Source of the DNA: Vicugna vicugna
Lineage: Eukaryota
NCBI GenBank assembly: GCA_013265495.1
Contig: MU061578.1
Location: forward strand, 319,308-383,307
Direction: 5' to 3'
DNA length: 64,000 bases
Under the pieces are notes generated by a model, which did not search any database, was not told the origin of the DNA, and saw only the letters and a program-made list of their open reading frames with translations. The translations under genes were made by a program, and so were the position numbers. Positions 13,433-24,229 of the stretch are shown here, in pieces (the stretch's first letter is position 1; each line of letters starts with the position of its first letter).

Positions 13433-13870
13433 ATATTTCAAATTATAATAAGACAGCAATCACAAAACACTGAGAGAGAGAGAGAGACAACTCAGGGGGC
13501 TCCAGTCTCTTCTCATTGTCATCTAGAAACAAGCTCCAGCATTATCAGCTCCACTTCCACTCTCTGTGGACAGTAGTATTCTTTGATAGTTCAAACAATT
13601 CCATCCTCTGGATCTGGTGTGGCTTACTTGGGCTGGGAGTAAGCCAAAAAGGTACTGCCCACAGTCCAGAGTTGAACTACTACTGGAATAACCTAGCAAC
13701 ATTTTAGCAAAAGCATGGCTGTTTTTAATCCTTCATTATCTTTCTTGGGATAGAAACTGCAAGCTCACACTGACAATCACAATTCTTCACGTTATGTGAG
13801 GAGCAAAGGGTGAGTCCCTTCCTTCTCTGAAAAAAAGGAGAGATTTAAATAAAAAAGGCAAGAAAGCAGG

Positions 13871-14484
13871 ATTTTTTATTGTATATATTTAAGACTTGAT
13901 GATCTGATATATGAATACATTGTGAAATAATCACCATGATCAAGCTAATTAACATATCCATCACCACACAGTTACTTTTTATCTGTAGTGAGGACACTTA
14001 GGATGTACCCTCTAAGTAAATTTCAGGTATGTGGTACAGTATTGTTACCTACAGTCACCATGCTTTACATCAGATCACCAGAACTTATTCATCTTGCATA
14101 ACTGAAACTTTGTCCACCAACATCTACCCATTTCCCACACCCTGGCCCTGGTAATCACCATTCTAATTCTCTGCTTCTATAAGTTTGACTATTTTAGATT
14201 CCTCATATAAGTGAGCTCATACAGTATTTGTCTTTCTATGTCTGGCTTATTTCACTTAGCATGATGTCTTCCAGATCCAGCAATCCCATTCTGGATATTT
14301 ATCCAAAGGAATTAAAATCAGAATCTTAAAGAGATACCCACAATGTCCTGTTCATTGCACCATTATTCACAATAGCTAGGATATGGAAACAACCTAAATG
14401 TCCATCAACACATAAATGAAGAAAGTAAATGTGGTATATCCATACAATGGAATATTATTCTGCCTTAAAATGAACACAGCATCC
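13871..14484 (-). mobile_element. 5'-inverted (twin-primed) truncated L1, L1MA9-like
   Basis: 13871-14274 is the L1 3' UTR on the minus strand. 14275-14484 is the adjacent upstream L1 segment on the plus strand ('atccagcaatcccattctgg...tggaatattattctgccttaaaa'). Confidence 0.85.
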
Positions 14485-14689
14485 TTAATAAGAGGATTTA
14501 CTGGTTTTCCCCTTAACTTATTTTTTGTGTGATATCTTCTTTATATGTAAATGTGCAGTTTATCTTTCCAGAAAGGATACAGCGCTTAGCTCACTCTGTG
14601 TTAGAATAGACCTTTTACAGATTAATCCTATTTCTAACAAAAGGGGAAAACACTGGTATGTGGAGGGTGTCCCCACGTCTTCTATAACT

Positions 14690-14930
14690 ACAAGTTAAGA
14701 GACTAGAATTTGAGACAGAAAGGATTACATTTGAGTCTGAGTATTGCCAGTTTTTAAAGAAGTGAACTCAGCTAACTCATTTAGCCGTTTACTCTCTTCT
14801 CATCTGTAAATTGGGGAAAATAATTATACCTCATAGGCTTATTGGGAGGTCTACGTGAGATCAAGTATGTGAAATTTTTATTACAGGGTCTTATAAAGAA
14901 TAAGTGCTCAATGAATGTTAGGTTTTATTG
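14690..14930 (+). mobile_element. MIR SINE
   Basis: 'ctcatctgtaaattggggaaaataattatacctcatagg...taagtgctcaatgaatgttag'. Confidence 0.85.
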
Positions 14931-16819
14931 ATTTTATTCATTGATGAGTTCAGGCCCCTGGGCATAGGAGGTGGGCCTTTCTCTCAACCATGGTCCTCTA
15001 CTGTTCCTCAAGTCCTCATCTTGAATTTACTGGCTGCTAACACCAGATGCACCTGGGAGCGCTCTTCTCCCAAGGGTTAAGATGTTACAACTTAAAATGT
15101 CAAAGTAGGACTGCATTTTGGAGAAAGCCTGTAGTACCGACTTCTGCCAGAGAGGGGCAGCATAGAGCCACCAGCATGAAGGGTCCAGCCACTGCTGACC
15201 AGAACTCTCTTTAGTGGAGTTCAAAGAAGTCCAGCCAGGAGGCTGGAACCTCAAGAAAGCTAGTTAGGAAATCACAGGTAAAATGGAAGCTAAGGTGAAA
15301 ATAGCAGAAGAACTAGGACAGAAGCAAACACAGCAAGAGATGAAACTTAAGTGTTTGTGGAGTTTTGAACCTGGTGTACCAAAGCCACTGCCAGCTCACT
15401 CCTCACATGGACCCCAGCTTAAATCATTGTCCTTGCTCATTCTGGCATGCTTTCTATAAATCATGCATTCATTCATTCATTTGCTGACAAGGATAGAATA
15501 ACTGCTTTTTGAGGCTTTGACTCTGACAAGGGGCTGGGCTCTCAGGAGAAACACCATAGGTCAACTGGATTTGAAGTCAGAGTCTTGCACTGGGAGGTGA
15601 GTCAGATGCAGGGCATGAGCAGCAGAGAAGGGAGAGCACATGCTGGTTGTGCTGTGGAGTTAGGGGGACAGCTTCCTTCTGTTGGGACCACCTTCCTTGT
15701 CCCACCAGAACTAGTTCCAGGGTAGTCTTAGGACTAGGTCTTTTTGGTTAGGCAAATCAGGCATAGCTCAACATCAGGGTCCCATTCACCCCATGGTCGT
15801 TACAGATTTGTATAGTCATTACAATAACTTCCAGGAGATTGCAGCAAAGAGTGTCAAGGATGGGGTGCCATTTTGTAATTTCCCTGTGGGTCCTGCTAAA
15901 ACAGTGTGCAATTCTGGAGGAAGCAGCTGAACTCTGACAGGAAACAGTGTCTGTCTTGATAGACAGCAATGTGGACCCTCACAGGAAGTAGTGAGGGTCA
16001 TGACTACAAGTAAAACTGGACCTAAGAGGAAGTAGTGAGGAACCTCATGGGACACTTGAATTGACAAATGGAAAACCTGACATGTATACATTTTCATCCC
16101 ATTTCTTAACTATGTGCAACAGAGGTGAATGTTATTTCCAAATTTAATACCAATATTTAAAATATTACATAATTATAGAATCATAAGCAGATTAAGGGCA
16201 AGGTAGCATTATTTACTATTAAAATTTGTGATGTCACAGAATTTCATTAATATCCAAAGTGAGTTTTCTACTCCACCTCTGACTAGGGTTGGTTCAATAA
16301 AAAGTAGAAACTGCTTGACTTTAAATAGTTTTGAATGGATGGGTGAATAGAAATTTTGCAAAGCAGACCAAATTTCAAATGATTTTTTTTGTTTTTATTT
16401 TTAAAGAAAGAAAAATAAGCTGTCATTATTATTGTTGTTTTTTTATAGAAGAAAATTTTTCCTGGTTAATTGCTTCTTCATAATGAATCATTGCCACAAC
16501 ATTCTTGTGTCTCTGAAATAAAAGTTGTCAAAAAGTTCTAATAAGCTGATGGATTTCAACACTGTCAATAAACTCATACTGTCAAAGGCAGCATTAGCTT
16601 GATGAAGAATGATTCAAATCAGCATGATCTTGAAATATATGGGCCCATCATGAGGTCTCTGTCTCTCTCTCACACAATTATATAAGCAGACACACCATAA
16701 TTCTTTTTGTAAGGATGATGCTTGCATTGATGTATCACTGTAACTAGTTGTCTTTTTGTAGTGGACTTACATTGTCTTTATTTGCCTATGTTAAATTTTG
16801 GTGCTTTTCATAAAAAAAA

Positions 16820-17700
16820 TTTCCATTGTTCTTCCATTCCAAACACATGGTAGGGTACAGTTTTCTATCCCATAAAGTTGGAGGTGGCCATGTGATTTGC
16901 TTTGGAAAAAAGATAAAATGGAAGTGACAGGTGTGATTCCCAAGAAGAAGCTCTTAACAGCCAATGGGAAATTCACCACATCCATTTTTTCACTAGCTCA
17001 GCATTCTTCTTCATCTTGACTGAATATGAGATGATGTAAACCACCACCCTCTAGACACCCAACCACAATGGACAGGTGAGATAAGGAATAAACAGGTGTT
17101 GTTTTAAGCTACTGAAGTTTGGGGATTCTTTGTTACAGAATCATAACCCATCCTATCTGACTAATACATTTTCTTTTATTTATTTCCTCCCTTTTGGAGC
17201 CAAGCCTTGCTCTTCTTCCTTTCTGTGTGGTTGAGGAATCAGAGATGGACTGACTACCTCTCCTTCTCCACTTCAGAGGTGATTACTTAGACCCAACCTG
17301 GCCAAATAAATCATTCCATCCTCTAGTCCTCAATTACTGGTTCAAAAACAAGCAAATGATCCAAGCCAGAGAAATGAGAATCTAGTCCTAGTTAAGATAG
17401 AAGCTCTCTTTTTACACAGGGGGATTCATTAAGCAGGTAGAACATAGCCTAGAGGTACTGGTGGCCATTTTTACCACCACTTTGGAAGATCCCCTCTGAC
17501 AATAAAGCCTCCCCAAAGGAGCAAGAGCTGAAGTATGGAGAGGAACAGATTCATGATGCTATTATCTAAGCACTCAGATTCAGAACAGTCTTGCTCTCTG
17601 CTGATACTAACCAGCAGCTTCCTTAACAAAAATTTATTTTCTCCTAAGTATTTTTTATTTGCAGTAAAAAAAAATCTTAATATTCTTCCTAAACACACTG
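16820..17700 (+). mobile_element. Two adjacent old MaLR LTR remnants (MLT1I/J- and MLT1K/L-like)
   Basis: 'ggccatgtgatttgctttgg...gaagtgacaggtgtg...gttttaagctactgaagtttgggga...tgttacag...ctgactaataca', then 'ctggccaaataa...tgatccaagcc...ggagaggaacagattcatgatg'. Confidence 0.6.
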
Positions 17701-18339
17701 GATGAAGCACCTCAGGTTTTCAACTGTATTCATCTACAGAATAAATGAAATCTCTCAGCATGGCCTTCAGTGCCTTTCAGCTTTTAAGCTCGACATACAT
17801 TTCCAGCTTTCCATCTGGGTCATATCCGTGGCTCCATGTCCCCTCCTCTGTCCCCCAGTGTTACCCTAGACTGTACACTGGCCATTCTCCAAGGACAATA
17901 TGGACTTGCCAACGGCCATGCTCATGCTGCCTTGGGCTATGGTGATTCATGCTTGGATCTGCCCTCCCTCCCCACTTGAATGCCAGCTCCATTAAAAGGG
18001 GAGGGGGCAGTATCTCACTGCACTTTTATTTTCTTCATAGTGTCAAACACTGATTCTTGCCCAATACTAGGTGCTAAGTAAACAGTTGCAGAACTGAACC
18101 AAATTCTGTGTTTCAAGAAGTCTGCTCATTAAATACTGAGCACGTTCAGACCCTTGGTAAATAAACCCTACATGTGGTTGAGCTTCTGAGAAAGCCATGT
18201 TTGATTCTGTTTTTATTCACCCAGATGTCACTCCAGTGGAAACCCAGTTTTTTGTTTAGGCTAGATCTTTAAATACTTGTCTCCTTTCTAGAAGTCAAGA
18301 GGCTCTTGATTAATTAAAATTAGTAACTTTTTGGAGAAA

Positions 18340-19200
18340 ACAATGTACTATATGCTGTGCTGTGTTAAAAATGTACATTTCACACACACAATAGTCCTAG
18401 GTGGATACTTTTCTTAACTCCATTTTACAGACAGGAAATAAAACCCAGAGAAGCTAAGTAACTTGTATAATGTCTCACAGCAGGGCTCAGATTGGAACCT
18501 AGACCATTTGATGCCAGGAACTTTGCTATCTTTTCTTCCTGTGCATCCCTCAATACAACACTGAGGAATTAATGGTCACCTATCTTAGCTCTTCTTAAGA
18601 AAGATACTGTTTTTACACTGTTTTGAAATCTTCTCTATCCATCCCAATTAAAACTGGAACTTGACACTTCCTCGAGAAGAGGGCAGTGCAGCACAGCACA
18701 AGAAGGAGAGCCTGGGCTGGGGAGTGGATCCTCAAATCATGACTTTGTCCCTTTCTAGTACTGTGACCTCTGACAGCCACTAAAGAGTCCCCAGTCTTAG
18801 TTTAGTCATTTGCAAAATGGAGATAAGAACCACCTCATGGAGTTGTTGAGGATTAAGAATGAAAATGGATGAAATAGTCTCAATATAGTACCTGGCCCAA
18901 AGTAGTGCTGTGCAAATAGGGACTATAAATAATAATATGTAGATTTTTAATTTTAGTAATGCATATGCCCTATATCATCATCACTATTAGGGTTTGGAGA
19001 CTGGGTCCTGTGTGTATCTGATCCATGGTGCCTGGCATAAAGCAGATGCTCTGCCATCTTCAGCAAAGTATTTCAGCCTCCTAAACATCCTTTTCCTGAT
19101 TTTTAAAGCGAGGCCATCATATCTACCACATGGGGTTGTCAGGATGAAATGAGGTCCTATGTGCAAAGTCATAAGACTGGCACCTGAAGAATAAATGTAA
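18340..19200. mobile_element. Three MIR SINEs (-, +, +)
   Basis: 'ccattttacagacaggaaat...aagtaacttg'; 'tgcaaaatggagataagaaccacctcatggagttgttgaggatta'; 'ggggttgtcaggatgaaatgag'. Confidence 0.8.
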
Positions 19201-20457
19201 ACAAATTGATTGAGGTAACTATCAATATAGAACCCATTAGAGAAGATTCCCCAAATGCTTTCTAAATGCCCCAGGGCTTGCCCCCCGCCCTCCTTGTGTC
19301 CTCCTTGCTCTTGGAGCCATCAAGGAGGTAGGTCTCCAGGATGCACTCAGAGCCGTGCCTGCCCCATCACGTGGACACGGCAATGCCAAACACAGTCACG
19401 CATGTGCCTATCAGCAGGGCACAGGCAGAACCAGGAGAGGGGTCTGGGGAGGAACACAGTGGGAGGAGGCTTTTCTTATTAAATGCCAGCTCCCATTCTG
19501 TAAAGCGGTGGTGAGATGTTCAATTTCCTAGTCCCTTACCAAAGGCAAAATCCAGGTTGTCTCTGTTCGTAGCATATGCACAGAAGCCTGGTCATAAAGA
19601 GAACGTTTTATGAGGACATATGCTACACGCCCAGCAGCATTGCCAGGCCTGAATGCTATTCCTTGGCGACACCATGATTATATCTCCACTGAGTCCAGGG
19701 AAGCCTCTCAGGCCTGCAAGGCTGCAATTTTGAAATGGATTTCACAGCTGCAAACTCTAAGATGACCCAATTTGTCTTTTCCATTTCTGCCTCCTCTCCT
19801 ATAACTATGGAAATCTGCATCCGTGTCTCAGTGATGGGCTGCATAAAATATGCAACAGGACTTAGTGCTCAGATTTGAGAGCTGCAAAATTTAAGGACAG
19901 CTGCTAAAGTGATCTTGGGATTTAGGTTGGGGGAGGGCAGCGTGAGCAAATGCATGGAGGGGCATCTGCAGATTTCTGCTCCCCCAGCCACAAAGGCCTT
20001 CTTTTTCTGAAATGCTTGTCCCAAAGGCAAAAGAAGGAGAAGATATATATGCCCCCTTATCTTTTCTGAGGAACCTGGGGCTACCCATCCTCCAAAGAAT
20101 ATCCCAGATGGTGAACGGAACTGAAGTTTGCACATAAATTCTCCCCAGGGAATTGGTGGTTGGTGATAGCAGGCCTAATGAAATTTTTTATTGTGGTTAT
20201 TACATACAATTTGTACAGTATATCATGCACGGAAATTTTTTCTATTCCTATAAATCTGCAATTGCCAGTGTAAATGCCCAGGCTTACGAACTGCTGCAGA
20301 ACACAATTACCTCTAGATACAAACTCTCTTTAGGACATAAAAATTGTTGCTACTGAGAAGGCTGAATTGCACTGGCAATTTTGTAAATATTTGAGTGATA
20401 TATTTCCTTTTGGATAAGTTTTCATAGCCTTGGAAAGCTGTCTCATTTCTTAATGCT

Positions 20458-20512
20458 TTTGTTGTTGTTGGTGGTGGTAGTGGTGGTGGTGGTGGTGGTG
20501 GAGTGTGAGTGT

Positions 20513-20544
<32 letters not shown>
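20458..20544 (+). repeat. (GTT/GGT)n plus (GT)n microsatellite
   Basis: Directly visible. Confidence 0.95.
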
Positions 20545-20548
<4 letters not shown>

Positions 20549-21789
20549 CTGGGTATCACTTGTGGCCTGATTGTTGTCTTCAATCATGCTTAGTAAATCA
20601 GACTATTGGACAAATGTCATTTATTAAAAGGCTCAGAACACCAAAGCCTTCTGCTGGCATTAAGAGGACTGTTTTTATAGCCTGTTTCTTAAAGACGGGA
20701 GAGAAAAGAAAAGGAAAAAAAAAAAACAACAACAACAAAATTCAGGCACATCGTGTACTGTCTCCCCCTGTATGGTCAGTTTTTCAAGTTAGAACTTGCA
20801 GACGAGGTTTCCATTTTTAATGAGGGCTGATACACAGCGACTGGCTCTTGATGCTTCGATCAATGAGGGGAATCATTCCTGGATATACTGGGTTGGTTTT
20901 CATGCCGGCAAAATGCACCAGACGCATAGCACAGAGTTTCTGCACACTTTCTAGTTAGGCTTTATTACCAAGTATGATGGTGAAGGATGTTATACCCTGG
21001 TATTGATTTTCTACAAGTTCTGATATTAGAGATAAGGAGAGTTCTTCCATCAGCTTCCAGCAAACAGAGAACGGAGACTGTTAAAACTCCTCATAACGGC
21101 TTCCAAAGGAAGACAACAGTGATGGATTATAGACTGCCCTGGAAGTGAGGAAACACGCTCATTGAGCAAACAGAAAGTGTTCAAATACAAGCCATACTAA
21201 TGGAAAGGGAAAGGAAATATACCTTCTCTCCCTCCCTGACTCCCTCCTCTCTCCTTTCCTTTCTTTCTCCTTTTCCCTATCGTATCACATCTAATCCTTA
21301 CAACAAGCAGTGAGTTGCATTCTGCATTTTACAAGTGGGGGAAATTCCTAAGCTTCTTGCTAGAGTCATACAGCTTGTGATGAGGTAGCTGGGATTGGAA
21401 CCTAGGTCAAACTGGGGTCTGATGCACAACCACAGGATGCAGTCAGTTGCCTACGTCTCCTTTTTTTCCCTGTCATGTATATTCCAAGAGTTTGACACTC
21501 ACAGGATTATAAAATACCATTTGACCACCGGATAGTGTTCCTTGAGATGCTCTAACACCATGAAATGGACATTTGGGAAATGAAAAGAGGATTGATATAC
21601 TTTCCCTATGCTGATAGTATGAGAATTTATGCCTGTGTCTTCTACACAGGAATCTAAAAAGAGAATATTATTAAAGGCAGATAAAAGTATCAGGGAGAAT
21701 TTGGGGCTCAATAAAGAGATACTCAGTGACTGTGCACTGAATTTGTGTTAAATAAATTGGGCAAGGAACCAAAATAAATTGAGCAAGAA

Positions 21790-22790
21790 CATGAATTAGT
21801 ATTTATCAAAGGAGAAGTAAATTATAAACAAGAATAGGAAAATTTTAAACGTTCCTTGTAATTAAGGAAATACAAAATAAAATAAGAGGATCTCAATTTT
21901 CATCACTTAAAGTGATAATTTTATTTTACTAATCATAATTCCTTCTGTACTGAAAGGCAAGGTGAACATGCTGTGACTGATAAACATATTTTCATACACT
22001 GATAGTGGGAGTGACAATTGATAAAAACTCAATGGGGAGATTTATTCATTCATGCCTTTACTATTTCCTGACCACTCACTGTGTGCCAGACTTTACAGGA
22101 TGCTGAAATCTATAAAGATGAATGGGACTTACTCTTGTGGCATTTATATTCCAGTGGGAAAGAAAGGCATTAATCAAGTAATTTTATTAGTGATTACAGA
22201 ATTACCAGTGAAAATAAGAGTCATAGGGGAAAAAAGCACATAACAAATGTGAATTTAACAAAGAAACCTGGTCTAGACTAGGTAATTTGGTTTTTTTTAG
22301 TTAGAAAAACTAAAAAAATAAAACTTCCCTGAGGAAGTAGGACAATATAAAAGAGTATTTTAAAATGTACTTTTGATTCAGCAACTCTATCTTGATTAAG
22401 TTTTTGGAAATAATCATTATGTATAGAAATCTAAGCGCAAAGATTTTCACTGTTATATTGTTTATTTTAGCAGAAACTTGGGAACAATTTTTTTCGATGG
22501 GAGAATACTTAGAAGTGTGGTATAAGCATGCAATGAAATTCCCAGAAGTATTTAGAAATCAGAATTTTGAAAACATTAAGTGACATGGAATTAAGTGCTA
22601 ATATAATGTTAACTATAAAATACAGGCTACAAAACTTCACATATATTGTGATTTTGCATAAAACAGAGAAGGGAAGCTCTACGGAAGGCAACATCATGGG
22701 ATTACAGGTGAGTCATATTATCTGTTATACTTAGCTCTATGTTTTCCCAGATAGATGCAATGAAACTATATTAGCACATTATTAAAAATG
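21790..22790. mobile_element. Very old L1M(E) fragments (+) interrupted by L2 (-, ~22040-22340)
   Basis: Degenerate L1 ORF2/3' motifs 'ggaaatacaaaataaaa', 'ttttgattcagcaact', 'gaaacttgggaacaa'. L2 'tttattcattcat...tgtgccag'. Confidence 0.5.
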
Positions 22791-23219
22791 ATTAATTTTT
22801 CAACAGAGGAGAGATTCAATTTTTGAGTAGCTGTTGAGTGGGTGTACAAACAAATGAAGTGTCTCCCTCTGAGTGTATTTTGGACTTTGGAAGAGGATTG
22901 ACCATTTTCTCTTCCGTGTCCTACCCACTGGTGTCCCTCACATACCTACACTGTGAGCTTCTCTCCCGGGGATGGGAAGGAATTGAGCTTGGCAGCTAAC
23001 ATTGGTGGCGTGACCTACTTAATTAATTTAATTAACAATACATAACACTATTTGCCAGGCACTGTTCTTAGTGCCCTGCAAGTGATAACTTATTTACCTG
23101 TCATAAAAATCCTATGAGCTTGTAAAATGGTATGCAAGCACAGTGGAAAACAATTTGGTTGTTCTTTAGAAAGCTATCCAAAAAATTACCACATGACTCA
23201 GCAATTCCACTCCTAGGTA

Positions 23220-23754
23220 CAGTCATCCCTTATTATGCCCAGATTCTGTATTTGCAAATTCATCTATTGGCTGAAATTTATTTGTAACCCCAAATCAATG
23301 CTCGTGGCAATCGGGGGGCCATTTGCATAGAACTGCACATAGTGGCAAAAAAAATCTGAGTCACCAGGCTGGCACATCCCCAGCTGAGGTCGACCAAGGT
23401 GATGCTCTGTTTCCTGGTTTTAGTTCTCCAACAGAGATGACCAAGGTTGAAGACCGTTTGAGGCAGTGTTGGGTAGAGCAAGAAACCCATCTCTGGGGCC
23501 AGTTGGATGGGGATAGTCGTGTGTCATCAGGCAAGTCATTCAGCACTTCTGAACCTCATTTTGAACTTTTTAAAAATAAAGAACATAGAATCCACAAGGA
23601 TATGTTTCTTCTAGAATTTAAGATTATAAACTGTGTGATACCTACATCTATATATTTCTTCTAGGAGCAAGGACTTAGTATTTGACAAATCACTAAGTCA
23701 GTGTGTGATTTGATTTTCTAGAACATAACTCCAGCTAACAATGAGAATCAACTG
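23220..23754 (+). mobile_element. MER6A (TcMar-Tigger MITE)
   Basis: TIRs 'cagtcatcccttattat'...'aatgagaatcaactg'. TA TSDs at 23218-23219 and 23755-23756. Internal 'cccagctgaggtcgaccaagg'. Confidence 0.88.
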
Positions 23755-23777
23755 TATATACCCAAAAGAATTGAAAA

Positions 23778-24229
23778 GAAGCATCCTCAGCATTATTTAC
23801 AATAGTCAAGATATGGAAACAACCTAAATGTCTGTTGATGAATGAAGAAGTGGTGTATATATACAGTGGAATATTATTCAGCCATTAAAAATGGAACTCC
23901 ACCATTTTTGACAACATAGATTTAGATGGTATTGTGGTAAATGAGATAAGCAAAGTGGAGAAAGACAAATACTATATGATTTTATTCATTTGTTGAATAT
24001 AGAAACAAAACAAAACCACAGAGGAAACAAAACAAAAACAAACTCAAAAAATATAGAGAACAGATTAGCAGTTACCAGAGGGTAATGGGGTTGGGGAGTA
24101 GGTGAAATGGGTAAAGGGGTTTAACCATATGGGAATGGATGGTAACTAGACTTGTGGTGGTGATCACTCGGCAGTGTATAGAGATGCTAAACTATAATGC
24201 TGTATACGTGAAACCTATATAATAAAAAA
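23778..24229 (+). mobile_element. Younger (Laurasiatherian-type) L1 3' end nested in the L1MB
   Basis: A second L1 3' UTR, 'gatggtaactagacttgtggtggtgatcac...tgaaacctatataataaaaaaa', flanked by 'aattgaaa' on both sides. Confidence 0.75.

Noticed and set aside
15143..15162. Weak CTCF-like words (also ~6177-6191, ~13004-13018, ~38379-38393)
   Set aside because: Core has several mismatches or wrong spacing versus CCASYAGRKGGCRS.
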